A stretch of 64,000 nucleotides of DNA, taken from the NCBI GenBank assembly GCA_002269645.1, contig NIVC01000157.1:248001-312000 (forward strand), in the 5' to 3' direction. Under the pieces are notes generated by a model, which saw only the letters and a program-made list of their open reading frames with translations, was not told the DNA's origin and did no database searches. Shown piece after piece: positions 1 through 12,066 of this stretch; position 1 is the stretch's first letter; every line of letters begins with the position of its first letter. Position numbers and translations under genes: made by a program. This DNA is from Macrostomum lignano (taxonomy: Eukaryota).

Positions 1-1190
1 TTAGTATGGGTTCTGAGGATGGGATTAGTGTGTGGGTTCTGGGGATGGGATTAGTGTGTTGTTTCTGGGCATGGGATTAGTGTAGGTTTTGGGGATGGGA
101 TTAGTGTGGGTTCTGGGGATGGGATTAGTGTGGGTTCTGGGGATGGGATTAGTGTGGGTTCTGGGGATGGGATTAATGTGTGGGTTTTGGGTATGGGATT
201 AGTGTAGGTTCTGGGGATGGGATTAGTGTGGGTTCTGGGGATGGGATTAGTGTGGGTTCTGGGGATGGGATTAGTGTGGGTTCTGGGGATGGGATTAGTG
301 TGGGTTCTGGGGATGGGATTAGTGTGTAGGTTCTGGGGATGGGATTAGTGTGGGTTCTGGGGATGAGATTAGTGTGGGTTCTGGAGATGGGATTAGAGTG
401 GGTTCTGGGGATGGGATTAGTTTGTGGGTTCTGGGGATGGGATTAGTGTCTGGGTTTTGGGGATGGGATTAGTGTGTGGGTTCTGGGGATGGGATTAGTG
501 TTTGGGTTCTGGGGATGGGATTAGTGTGTAGGTTCTGGGGATGGGATTAGTGTGGGTTCTGGGGATGGGTATTAGTGTCGGCTTTGGGATTGGATTAGTG
601 TGTGGGTTTTGGGGATGGGATTAGTGTGTGGGTTTTGGGGATGGGATTAGTGTAGGTTCTGGGGATTGGATTAGTGTGGGTTCTGGGGATGGGATTAGTG
701 TGTGGGTTCTGGGGATGGGATTAGTGTGTGGTTTCTGGGGATGGGATTAGTGTAGGTTCTGGGGATGGGGTTAGTGTGGGTTCTGGGGATGGGATTAGTG
801 TGGGTTCTGGGGATGGGATTAGTGTGGGTTCTGGGGATGGGATTAGTGTGGGTTCTGGGGATGGGATTAGTGTGGGTTCTGGGGATGGGATTAGTGTGGG
901 TTTTGGGTATGGGATTAGTGTGGGTTCTGGGGATGGGATTAGTGTGGTTTCTGGGGATGGGATTAGTGTGGGTTTTGGGGATGGGATTAGTGTGGGTTCT
1001 GGGGATGGGATTAGTGTAGGTTTTGGGGATGGGATTAGTGTGGGTTCTGGGGATGGGATTAGTGTGGGTTCTGGGGATGGGATTAGAGTGGATTCTGGGG
1101 ATGGGATTAGTGTGGGTTCCGGGGATGGGATTAGTGTGTAGGTTCTGGGGATGGGATTAGTGTCGGCTTTGGGATTGGATTAGTGTGTGT
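1..1190 (+). repeat. 24-bp G-rich minisatellite (GGGTTCTGGGGATGGGATTAGTGT)n in a ferlin intron
   Basis: Unit read directly; explains ORFs 728..1141 and 765..1019. Confidence 0.95.
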
Positions 1191-1207
1191 TGAGGGGTCA
1201 TCTCAGC

Positions 1208-1400
1208 AATTCCCCTATGAGCCATGACACCTCCGCGATTCCCCTATGAGCCATGACACCTCCGCGATTCCCCTATGAGCCATGACACCTCCGCGATTCC
1301 CCTATGAGCCATGACACCTCCGCAATTCCCCTATGAGCCATGACACCTCCGCAATTCCCCTTTGAGCCATGACACCTCCGCAATTCCCCCATGAGCCTTG
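1208..1400 (+). repeat. 29-bp tandem repeat (GCGATTCCCCTATGAGCCATGACACCTCC), about 6 copies, intronic
   Basis: Unit read directly. Confidence 0.9.
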
Positions 1401-1457
1401 ATATCTCAGTAATCTCCCTAGTAATCAGAGCTCAACATCCCCTTCCACATCCCCCAG

Positions 1458-4400
1458 GGCTGGCTGGCGGGCCTTGACGAGAAGCAGGAGACAGATGTGC
1501 ACTACCGCAGCCTTGACGGGGTCGGCAACTTCAACTGGCGCTTCAAATTCCCCATGGACTACCTGCCCGCCGAGAACGTCATGGTGGTGAAGAAGAAGGA
1601 GCACTTCTGGTCTCTTGACGCCACTGAGCAGTGCATCCCGCCGAACCTGGTCGTGCAGATCTGGGACAATGACAAGTTCTCGGCTGACGACTTCCTTGGC
1701 ACCTTGGAGCTCAACTTGTCCAGCATGCCGGCGCCGAAGAAGAAGTCGCGACAGTGCGGAGTTGAGCAGCTGCCCGCCTACGGCAAGAGCGTCAAGATGA
1801 TCAACCTGTTCGACTGCAAGCGCGCCTACGGCTACTGGCCCTGCATCAACGATGAGAAGCCCGATGGCGAGAGACTGACCGTGAGATCCATGAAGCTGTG
1901 GGAATGGGGAGGTTGAAACGTAGGGTTGAGATTAGGTGAGAAGTAGGGTTGAGATTTATTGAGAAGTAGGGTTGAGATTAGGAGAGAGTTAGGGATGAGA
2001 TTGGGTGAGAAGTAGGGTTGAGATTGGAAGAGAAGTAGGGTTGAGATTGGGAGAGAAGTAGGGTTGAAATTGGGTGAGAAGTAGGGTTGAGATTTGGTGA
2101 GAAGAAGGGTTGAGATTGGGTGAGAAGTAGGGTTGATACTGGATGAGAAGAAGTAGGGTTAGGATTGGGTGAGAGACAGGTTCGAGTCAAATGAGAAGTA
2201 GATAAAGATCGGGCAGCCTTGCTGAGAGGCTGGTTGGTTCTGCAGACCGACACATTAATACTGAAATCCCGCATCGGCAGGGCAAGGTGGAGATGGAGCT
2301 GGAGCTGCTGACGGTCGAAGAGGCGCAGCTTCGTCCCGCCGGTTTCGGCCAAGACGAGCCCAACGAGAACCCGCATCTGGAGCCGCCCAAGTGAGCTGCG
2401 GGGTCTTTCTCGTTTTATTCATAGCCTACTTGCACTACTGACTAAATGCTAATAAGTAGTTTCTCCCTAAATATTCGCAAATCTATCTCAAATCTCCCCC
2501 ATCTTTCAAGTCTCTCAAATCTCCCCAATCTTTCAAGTCACTCAAATCTCCCCAATCTCTCAAGTCTCTCAAATCTCCCCAATCTCTCAAGTATCTCAAA
2601 TCTCTCAAATCTCCCCAATCTCTCAAGTCTCTCAAATCTCTCAAATCTCCCCAATCTCTCAAGTCTCTCAAGTCTCTCGAATCTCCCCAATCTCTCAAGT
2701 CTCTCAAATCTCTCAAATCTCTCGAATCTTCCCAATCTCTCAAGTCTCTCAAATCTCCCCCAAGTCCCTTAAATCTCCTTAAATCTCCCTAAAATCCCTC
2801 AAATCCCCTAAATCCCGAAACCGTCCCAAATCCCAAATCTTTACAATACCTTCCACACATGGCAGTATTTCTACACAGCAAACCTCTTCACCTCGCCCAG
2901 GCGCCCGGAGACCTCCTTCCTGTGGTTCACGTCTCCGTGGAAGACCTTCAAGCACATCGTTTGGAAGAACTACAAGTGGTACATCCTCGGCGCCTTTTTG
3001 GTGGTCATTTTCGGCTTGTTGCTGGCCATGTTCATCTACGCTGTGCCTGTGAGTTCAAGCCGCATGAGTGTCAGATAGTAGCATATTGAGTGTCAGATAG
3101 TAGCATATTGAGTGTCAGATAGTAGCATATTGAGTGTCAGATAGTAGCATATTGAGTGTCAGATAGTAGCATATTGAGTGTCAGATAGTAGCATATTGAG
3201 TGTCAGATAGTAGCATATTGAGTGTCAGATAGTAGCATATTGAGTGTCAGATAGTAGCATATTGAGTGTCAGATAGTAGCATATTGAGTGTCAGATAGTA
3301 GCATATTAAGTGTCAGATAGTAGCATATCGAGTGTCAGATAGTAGCATATTGAGTGTCAGATAGTAGCATATTGAGTGTCAGATAGTAGCATATTGAGTG
3401 TCAGATAGTAGCATATTGAGTGTCAGATAGTAGCATATTGAGTGTCAGATAGTAGCATATTGAGTGTCAGATAGTAGCATATTGAGTGTCAGATAGTAGC
3501 ATATTAAGTGTCAGATAGTAGCATATCGAGTGTCAGATAGTAGCATATTGAGTGTCAGATAGTAGCATATTGAGTGTCAGATAGTAGCATATTGAGTGTC
3601 AGATAGTAGCATATTGAGTGTCAGATAGTAGCATATTGAGTGTCAGATAGTAGCATATTGAGTGTCAGATAGTAGCATATTGAGTGTCAGATAGTAGCAT
3701 ATTGAGTGTCAGATAGTAGCATATTGAGTGTCAGATAGTAGCATATTGAGTGTCAGATAGTAGCATATTAAGTGTTAGATAGTAGCATATCGAGTGTCAG
3801 ATAGTAGCATATTGAGTGTCAGATAGTAGCATATTGAGTGTCAGATAGTAGCATATTGAGTGTCAGATAGTAGCATATTGAGTGTCAGATAGTAGCATAT
3901 TGAGTGTCAGATAGTAGCATATTGAGCTTCAGGTAGTAGCATATTGAGCTTCAGGTAGTAGCATATTGAGTGTCAGATAGTAGCATATCGAGTGTCAGAT
4001 AGTAGCATATTGAGTGTCAGATAGTAGCATATTGAGTGTCAGATAGTAGCATATTGAGTGTCAGATAGTAGCATATTGAGTGTCAGATAGTAGCATATTG
4101 AGTGTCAGATAGTAGCATATTGAGTGTCAGATAGTAGCATATTGAGCTTTAGACAGTTGTGAACAGTGTCACAAGTTGCCGAAATAGAGTATCAGTTGGT
4201 GTCAAGTCAGCTGCCAGAAAGGTGTCGAGTTTAGTGTCAGGAAAAGCGTCAAGTTTACGGTCAGGAAAAGCGTAAGTTTAGTGTCAGGACAGCGCCAAAT
4301 TTAGTGTCAGAAAAGCGTCAGATTAAGTGTCAGGAAAGTGCCAAATTTAGTGTAAGGAAAGGCGCTCAGTTTAGTGTCAGGAAAAGCGTCAAGTTTAGTG

Positions 4401-4491
4401 TCAGGAAAAGCGTCAAATTTAGTGATCCATCAAAAATGATTCTTTGTAAATTTTGCAGGGCCTCGCCGCTCGCAAAGTGATGGGAGTTTGA
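1458..4491 (+). CDS. Ferlin-family protein (otoferlin/myoferlin/dysferlin-like), last four coding exons: 1458-1880, 2281-2390, 2901-3048, 4459-4491
   Basis: Translation [29 protein letters not shown]...[15 protein letters not shown] (last C2 domain), [10 protein letters not shown]...[24 protein letters not shown]...[23 protein letters not shown] (tail-anchor TM), [10 protein letters not shown]. All introns are GT-AG with compatible phases (0,2,0); AATAAA at 4578. Upstream exons lie left of the window. Confidence 0.93.
1915..2180 (+). repeat. ~23-bp purine-rich intronic repeat (GAGAAGTAGGGTTGAGATTGGGT)
   Basis: Read directly; explains ORF 1978..2376. Confidence 0.85.
2480..2835 (+). repeat. 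Pyrimidine-rich intronic repeat built from TCTCTCAAA / TCTCCCCAA / TCTCTCAAG units
   Basis: Read directly; explains ORFs 2446..2772, 2483..2752 and 2538..2735. Confidence 0.85.
3066..4150 (+). repeat. 22-bp minisatellite (GAGTGTCAGATAGTAGCATATT), about 49 copies, in the last ferlin intron
   Basis: Near-perfect tandem unit read directly. Confidence 0.95.
4200..4425 (+). repeat. Degenerate ~24-bp repeat (AGTTTAGTGTCAGGAAAAGCGTCA)
   Basis: Read directly, about 8 divergent copies. Confidence 0.7.
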
Positions 4492-5074
4492 AATTTGGTC
4501 AGTTCAGCTTGACATTCTGAAACTTTTGCCGCAGTCCAAAGCGCGAAACTGACAGATTTTTCGTTACGATTTATGTTAATAAATATTATTAATCTCTGTG
4601 CTAAGAGATTTACATGCAATAGTATTACCATTTACATATAGACAATGTTAAAAGTCAATTTTTGAATAGCTACATAGAATGTATCTCGCAATAGTCTTAT
4701 TTATTCGACGTTATTCGTTTTGTTAATCGCATAGTAATGGCTCAATTTTAACAAATCAAAAATTCGAAACCAAACTTATTGCTCTTTAGTTTTTTTGTTT
4801 AACCCGAATTACAAATTTTATAATTTCGCTTACAAACCGACTCTCTTCAATACTGAAGTTTTTTGGTTACGTTTTTTCGAAGGTTTCAATGAAAAAAGTA
4901 AAAATAATTCAATAAATGAATTTCAACGTTTTAATCGGGTTTTTGACTTTGAATTTTGATTTTGCAGTTTTTTCTTGCACTTCTGCGCACTCTGCTATTG
5001 TCTCAAAAATATTTAATTGGCTTTTCCTTGTCAGTGCTCAATTGTAACTGTTTTCAGAATCCTGAGATTGCTAC

Positions 5075-6255
5075 TGAAATCCCCTCTGGGATTATCCTTG
5101 AGACTCCCCTCTGGGATTATCCTTGAGATTCCCCTCTGGAATTATTCTTGAGATTCCCCTCTGGAATTATTCTTGAGATTCCCCTCTGGAATTCTTCTTG
5201 AGATTCCCCTCTGTGATTATCCTTGAGATTCCCCTCTGTGATTATCCTTGAGATTCCCCTCTGTGATTATCCTTGAGATTCCCCTCTGTGATTATCCTTG
5301 AGATTCCCCTCTGTGATTATCCTTGAGATTCCCCTCTGGGATTATCCTTGAGATTCCCCTCTGTGATTATCCTTGAGATTCCCTTCTGGGATTATCCTTG
5401 AGATTCCCTTCTGTGATTATCCTTGAGATTCCCCTCTGGGATTATCCTTGAGATTCCCCTCTGGGATTATCCTTGAGATTCCCCTCTGGGATTATCCTTG
5501 AGATTCCCCTCTGTGATTATCCTTGAGATTCCCCTCTGGGATTATCCTTGAGATTCCCTTCTGGGATTATCCTTGAGATTCCCCTCTGGAATTATTCTTG
5601 AGATTCCCCTCTGGAATTATTCTTGAGATTCCCCTCTGGAATTCTTCTTGAGATTCCCCTCTGGAATTATTCTTGAGATTCCCCTCTGGAATTCTTCTTG
5701 AGATTCCCCTCTGGAATTCTTCTTGAGATTCCCCTCTGTGATTATCCTTGAGATTCCCCTCTGTGATTATCCTTGAGATTCCCCTCTGTGATTATCCTTG
5801 AGATTCCCCTCTGTGATTATCCTTGAGATTCCCCTCTGTGATTATCCTTGAGATTCCCCTCTGGGATTATCCTTGAGATTCCCCTCTGGGATTATCCTTG
5901 AGATTCCCCTCTGTGATTATCCTTGAGATTCCCCTCTGGGATTATCCTTGAGATTCCCTTCTGGGATTATCCTTGAGATTCCCCTCTGGAATTATTCTTG
6001 AGATTCCCCTCTGGAATTATTCTTGAGATTCCCCTCTGGAATTCTTCTTGAGATTCCCCTCTGGAATTATTCTTGAGATTCCCCTCTGGAATTCTTCTTG
6101 AGATTCCCCTCTGGAATTATTCTTGAGATTCCCCTCTGGAATTCTCCTGGAGATTCTTCTCTGGAATTCTCCGGCAGATTCTCCTCACGAATTCTCCTGA
6201 AGATTCCCCTCTGGAATTCTCCTGAAGATTCCCCTCTGAAATTATTCTTGAGATT
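5075..6255 (+). repeat. 25-bp minisatellite (CCTTGAGATTCCCCTCTGGGATTAT and variants) downstream of ferlin
   Basis: Read directly; a paralogous array lies at 21285-21915. Confidence 0.95.
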
Positions 6256-6264
6256 CTTCTCAAG

Positions 6265-6400
6265 CTGGCTGTGTCTAGCTGTGTCCAGGTGTGTAGATGT
6301 GTCCAGGTGTATCTAGATGTGTCCAATTTGTATAGATGTGTCCAGGTGTGTCTAGATGTGTCCAGGTGTATCTAGATGTGTCCAAGTCCAAGTGTGTCTA
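6265..6400 (+). repeat. ~20-bp repeat (ATGTGTCCAGGTGTATCTAG)
   Basis: About 6 copies read directly. Confidence 0.8.
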
Positions 6401-6405
6401 GATTG

Positions 6406-6586
6406 TTATGATAAATGCCAAGTCATGTTTGCGAGCGAGCGAGAAAACTCTTAGACCCAGACACTGGGTAAACACCGATATATGCTGTTGAGAACTTCAC
6501 TGTACATAGAAAGGGTGGGGGCAGTGTACAGAGATGTACACGAAACTACGAGAGTAAATATTAGTGCACACAAGCCACACACAACA
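6406..6586 (-). mobile_element. Possible 3' LTR of the Gypsy element
   Basis: TGTT...AACA termini followed by CCTCCC (short PPT-like tract on the minus strand). There is no partner LTR to confirm it. Confidence 0.3.
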
Positions 6587-9500
6587 CCTCCCAACAATAG
6601 TTAACGATAATCCTAGAGTTCGGAGAGTAAAAGTAACGGAACATTAAAATAAAATATTAGTTCTTGCATTGCAAAGTCGCACAAGATAACATTTAAATAT
6701 TTGTAGCAAAGCAGGAATCAAACAAGGAATATACCAACAATAAAGTTTCTCGCATTTATCGTACAGGGGCCAATACGCCATTACAGTCAATACAGTCAAT
6801 CGCAATCAATTATCAGTTCACTGGGTTGGTTCACCACGAGGCCTGGTACCGCTTTGGCTGTTGTACGAGTCGACCTCGTCTGGTGCGGAATCCAGGCTGC
6901 TCCGAACCGGAGCACTCCGTCTGGTCAGGCTGCACAGGTGCCGGCTGCACAGGTGCCCTCTGCTCAGGTGCCGGCTGCACAAGTGCCGGCTGCACATCCG
7001 CTTCCATCTCGCCATCCTCGCCGACCTCCGGGTAGCTCTCATGGAACGGAACGCCAATCTGACGAGGCCGGATGAACCGCCGATTGCGCCGGAGCAGCTG
7101 TCCCGACTCGGTGCGAAGCCAGTAGGACCTTGGACTGCCGTCAACTTCGTTGTCTACCTCGGCAGCCGCCCAATCGTGCCGTGCTGGTAATCGAGCGCAG
7201 TCGGGTGACGCTCATCCAGTGGCTGTAGGCGTCCACGTACACCAGATAGGTTGCACCGTGGTACTCGAACAGGTCGGTAGAGCAAACTTGAAACGGGAAC
7301 TCAGACATTTTAAAGGGCATCAGAGTCTCCTTCGACTGCGCCTTCATGTTCCGCTGACAGGCCTCGCACTGGCTGACTGGATGCAGTTGCGCATTCCTGG
7401 CCAGTAGAAGTAGTCTTTGGCTTTAAGGTCCATCTTGACGATACCAGGGTGTCCAGCGTGCAGGATGCTGAGGATGGAGCTTCTCGCACTGCCAGCTGGA
7501 ACGTAGATGCGGTCTTTCAAACACAGCAGTCCTGATACGAGAGTCAGATCGTGCCGAAGGTCCCAAAAGGCCTTCAAATCTTCAGGCAACCGCGCTCTTT
7601 GCTCTGGCCAGCCGGCTAGAATGACGCTCTGTAGACGCTGACTTGTCTGATCTGCTGTAGTAGCCTTCTTGATCATGTCCAGGATCTCACGGTCACCACT
7701 GAAGCACCACTCTACAGCCAACACTTGTCCGTCTAAAGCTTCCTCCAGCAAAAGTGTCAAGTTGTCTGTCCGTCCATGAGCTCGGCTCAGCGTATCGGCA
7801 ACGTACAACTCCTTTCCTGGGGTGTACCTCACCCGGATGTCGTACGGCTGCAGCTGAAGCAATAGACGCTGGATCCGCGGCGTGGTGTCACAGAGCTGCT
7901 TCTTAAAGATGGCCTCTAGCGGATTGTGGTCGCTTTGAACATGGACAGTGCGGCCCCAGAGGTAGCGGTGAAATTTCTTATAGCCTTAGACAATAGCTAG
8001 GAGCTCCTTCTCAATTTGGGCATAAGACTGTTGAGCACTTGTCATTGCCGACGACGCAAACTCAACCGGACGATCCTCTTGGAGCAGCACAGCCCCAATG
8101 CCGCTCTTACTGACATCTACAGACACAGTGACTGGCTTGGTGACATCGAATGTGACCAACACTCTGTCTGAGCAGAGCTCAGTGATGATTGCATCGTACG
8201 CCTCATCATGCTGATGCGTCCAACTCCAGATAACTTCCTTCTTTAGCAGATGTCTAAGCGGCTCTGCAGTGGAGGACAGATGTGGACAAAACTTAGCCAG
8301 ATACGTGACGCAGCCGAGAAATCTGCGAAGCTGCTCCTTCTCTGACGTGAGGCCTTCGATGTCATTTGGCCTCGTCATCTCCTTGATCGCTTTGACTTTC
8401 ATCGGGTCTGCACGCAATCCTTCAGAGCTCAGCACATCTCCCAGGTAGTTGAGTTCTTGGACGCCAACTCGCATCTTCTGTGGATTCAGCGTCACCTTGG
8501 CTCGCTTGCACTGCTCAAGGAGCTCTCGCACTGCCTGATCATGCTCCTCGATAGTCTTGCCCCAAACGATGATGTCGTCAAAGAAATTCTTGGTGTTCTT
8601 CACGTGGTTGGTGACGTTCTCTTCCATTCTTTTCTGGAAGACCTCCGGGATAGACGAGAGACCGTACGGCACGCGCTTCCAGCGATATCGGCCAAATGGA
8701 GTGTGGAATGTTGTCAGGAAAGAACTTTCGTCCTCGAGTTTCAGCTGATGAAAGCTCTCGTTCGCGTGGAATGAGCTGTACAGGATGGCTCTAGCAGTCA
8801 CAGCTCGCACCTCCTCGGCAGTCGGAATTGGATGGTACTCACGAACGATGAACCTATTCAGGTACGTCGGATCCAGGCACAGCCGCATGGATCCGTCCTT
8901 CTTCCAGACGATGGCCACATTAGAGACCCATTGTGTCGGCTCATCAACTGGCACAATGGTGCCTTCTTTCTCCAGTGTTTCGAGCTCACATTTGAGTGGT
9001 TGATACGCAGCGAACGGCACCTTGCGAGGAGGCTGCACTTTTGGCGCGGCGCTGTCAGCAAGCCGGATGGTGTACGGTTGCTCCATGCAGCCAACGCTGT
9101 TGAATACTTCAGGGTATGCGGCTTTCACCTGAGAGGCTGTGAGTTATGACACCTGCTGTTTTTGCACTTTTCTGATGCTGCTGTTCTGGCTCTGCACAGC
9201 AAATAGTTTCTTGACTAACTGCAGCTCTTCAATTGCTGATTTCCAGCCGATAATCGGTGTAGAGCTCTCGCCGATTACTACAAACTGAAGTCTGACATTC
9301 TTACGGCAGGGCGATGACACTGTCAAGTACGTGGTTTCGACCACGTCCAACAGCTGCTTATCGTAGGTGGTCAGTGTCCAGGACGTAGGCTCAATTGCTG
9401 ATGCTGAGGCGAGCTGGATCAGCTGTCTCAGAGGAATCACATTAACATCCGCCCCAGTGTCTACCTTGAAGTGCAGCTTTCTTCCGGAGTCCGTGACTGA

Positions 9501-9666
9501 CAGGCAGACCATCATCGACGAGGCATCTGTTTGCAACTTGGGCTGGCGAGCATTCGGCTTCTCCACCGTCATGAAAGCTGCTGCCGGAGCATCGCCGGCA
9601 CAGTCAGCCTTGGAGTCCTCCACCAGCTCGTTGACCTTCCCTGAGTGGCACACGGACGAAAAATGT
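6406..9666 (-). mobile_element. Decayed Ty3/Gypsy LTR retrotransposon (gag remnant, protease, RT, RNase H, deleted integrase)
   Basis: Minus-strand pol motifs in Gypsy order: half zinc knuckle HFSSVC (~9650), protease FKVDTGADVNVI, RT MRLCLDP...TPFGRYRWKRVPYG...NFFDDIIVWG, RNase H VSVDVSKSGIGAVL...EKELLAIV, integrase HAGHPGIVKM...STDLFEY...LVYVDAY, C-terminal PRSYW...LRRNRRF and RTRRGRLVQQPKRY. In-frame stops at 9144 and 7986, a frameshift near 7380, and most of the integrase core deleted near 7195. Confidence 0.93.
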
Positions 9667-10040
9667 CAGGGGATTCTTCGCTCGAGAAGAAAAAGTATCT
9701 GTCAGGGGATTCTTCGCTCGAGAAGAAAAATTATCTGTCAGGGGATTCTTCGCTCGAGAAGAAAAAGTATCTGTCAGGGGATTCTTCGCTCGAGAAGAAA
9801 AAGTATCTGTCAGGGGATTCTTCGCTCGAGAAGAAAAATTATCTGTCAGGGGATTCTTCGCTCAAGAAGAAAAAGTATCTGTCAGGGGATTCTTCGCTCG
9901 AGAAGAAAAAGTATCTGTCAGGGGATTCTTCGCTCGAGAAGAAAAAGTATCTGTCAGGGGATTCTTCGCTCGAGAAGAAAAAGTATCTGTCAGGGGATTC
10001 TTCGCTCGAGAAGAAAAAGTATCTGTCAGGGGATTCTTCA
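9662..10040 (+). repeat. 36-bp minisatellite (TCTGTCAGGGGATTCTTCGCTCGAGAAGAAAAAGTA), about 10 copies, truncating the Gypsy gag
   Basis: Read directly; each unit has the internal inverted repeat TTCTTC/GAAGAA; explains ORFs 9367..10161 and 9645..10055. Confidence 0.93.
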
Positions 10041-10669
10041 CGCGAGCAGAGATAACTGCGACCGTCCCCAGCTAAATCGCGCCGCCAAGAAGCCGCCAAG
10101 AAATCTAAAAAAAACTGATGAGACAAACTCTGACGCAAATTCAATTTTATGTAGTTTATAATCTTAGCTAAAATATATTTTAATTAAAAATTCCCTTGCT
10201 CAGCATCAGTTTTAGCTACTCGTAGTTTTGCTTTTTTCTCTATTAGTACACGTAGATTTCAATAAAATAATCCATGCACTTCATCCTTTTTATCAGCTTA
10301 AACAATTATGAGAAACTTTTAAATTTACTACAAAAATACTTATTAAAAAATCAGTTACACATCAGTTAACATCTCCAGAATATTTCTCTTGTCCTGCTGG
10401 CTGCCTATCAATTATTTTGTTTTATCAGAAAACAATTCACTGCAAATATTTACTACTCGTAGTTGAGCACCTAAATTTGGCATTGAGTTCGGTAAGTTAG
10501 TCACTAACAGAGTTCAAGCTTAAAGTGGAATGGTGCTTGTTCACTGTCACAGGCTTACGTGTATTTCATGTATAATTTGTGTTGTCTTTGATTGTTGTGC
10601 CTTGTATGTACTCATTTTTATTTTAAATTTCTCAAGCATATTTCTAAAGAATTCTGCAATGTCTCAGAT

Positions 10670-11685
10670 TCTACTGAGTCACTCAGCATCCCAGATTCAC
10701 TGAGTCTGTCAGTCACTCAGCATCCCAGATTCACTGAGTCTGTCAGTCACTCAGCATCCCAGATTCACTGAGTCTGTCAGTCACTCAGCATCCCAGATTC
10801 ACTGAGTCTGTCAGTCACTCAGCATCCCAGATTCACTGAGTCTGTCAGTCACTCAGCATCCCAGATTCACTGAGTCTCTTAGTCACTCAGCATCCCAGAT
10901 TCACTGAGTCTGTCAGTCACTCAGCATCCCAGATTCACTGAGTCTGTCAGTCACTCAGCATTCCAGATTCACTGAGTCTCTCAGTCACTCAGCATCCCAG
11001 ATTCACTGAGTCTCTCAGTCACTCAGCATCCCAGATTCACTGAGTCTCTCAGAGTCACTCAGCATCCCAGATTCACTGAGTCTGTCAGTTACTCAGCATC
11101 CCAGATTCACTGAGTCTCTCAGAGTCCCTCAGCATCCCAGTTTCACTGAGACTCTCAGTCACTCAGCATCCCAGATTCACTGAGTCTCTCAGAGTCCCTC
11201 AGCATCCCAGATTCACTGAGTCTATCAGTCACTCAGCATCCCAGAGTCACTGAGTCTCTCAGCCACTCAGCATCCCAGATTCACTGAGTCTATCAGTCAG
11301 TCAGCATCCCAGAGTCACTGAGTCTCTCAGCCACTCAGCATCCCAGATTCACTGAGTCTCTCAGCCACTCAGCATCCCAGAGTCACTGAGTCTCTCAGCC
11401 ACTCAGCATCCCAGATTCACTGAGTCTATCAGTCACTCAGCATCCCAGAGTCACTGAGTCTCTCAGCCACTCAGCATCCCAGATTCACTGAGTCTCTCAG
11501 TCACTCAGCATTCCAGTTTCACTGAGTGTCTCAGTCACTCAGCATCCCAGATTCACTGAGTCTCTCAGTCACTCAGCATCCCAGATTCACTGAGTCTCTC
11601 AGTCACTCAGCATCCCAGATTCACTGAGTCTCTCAGTCACTCAGCATCCCAGATTCACTGAGTCTACCAGTCAGTCAGCATCCCT
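10670..11685 (+). repeat. 34-bp minisatellite (CACTCAGCATCCCAGATTCACTGAGTCTGTCAGT), about 30 copies
   Basis: Read directly; internal ACTCAG/CTGAGT stem in each unit. Confidence 0.93.
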
Positions 11686-11779
11686 TGCGAGTCAGGAATT
11701 CGGCGAGTCGGGAATCGGCGAATCGGGAATCGGCAAATCGGGGGTAAACCTTTTGATTGGGTGGGGGGGGCGTGAGTTA

Positions 11780-12066
11780 GGGGGCGCCAGTTTCTTTATA
11801 GGGGGGGGGAGGGCTGCCGCAGTTTCTTTATAGGGGGGAGGGCTGCCGCAGTTTCTTTATAGGGGGGCGGCGCCATGAGTTTCTTTATAGGGGGGGAGGC
11901 AGTTTTTTATAGGGGAGGGGGCAGTTTCTTTATGGGGGCGCCAGGAAAGCGGCAGCATTTCCAAAGGGGCGGCAAAGCGCAGTTCTGGGGGGGGCGCTAA
12001 GGCCAGAGTTGGTGATTGGGGGGGGGGGGCCGCGGCCCCCCTTGCCCCCCTCTGGCTACGCCCCTG
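11780..12066 (-). mobile_element. G-rich non-autonomous DNA transposon/MITE-like remnant
   Basis: Minus strand begins CAGGGGCGTAGCCAGAGGGGGGCAAGGGGGG, a terminus style common in invertebrate MITEs; internal GCAGTTTCTTTATAGGGGGG repeats; the second end was not identified. Confidence 0.35.

Noticed and set aside
9662-10040. 36-bp palindromic repeats resembling a CRISPR repeat in length
   Set aside because: The units are head-to-tail with no unique spacers, there are no cas genes, and the context is eukaryotic.
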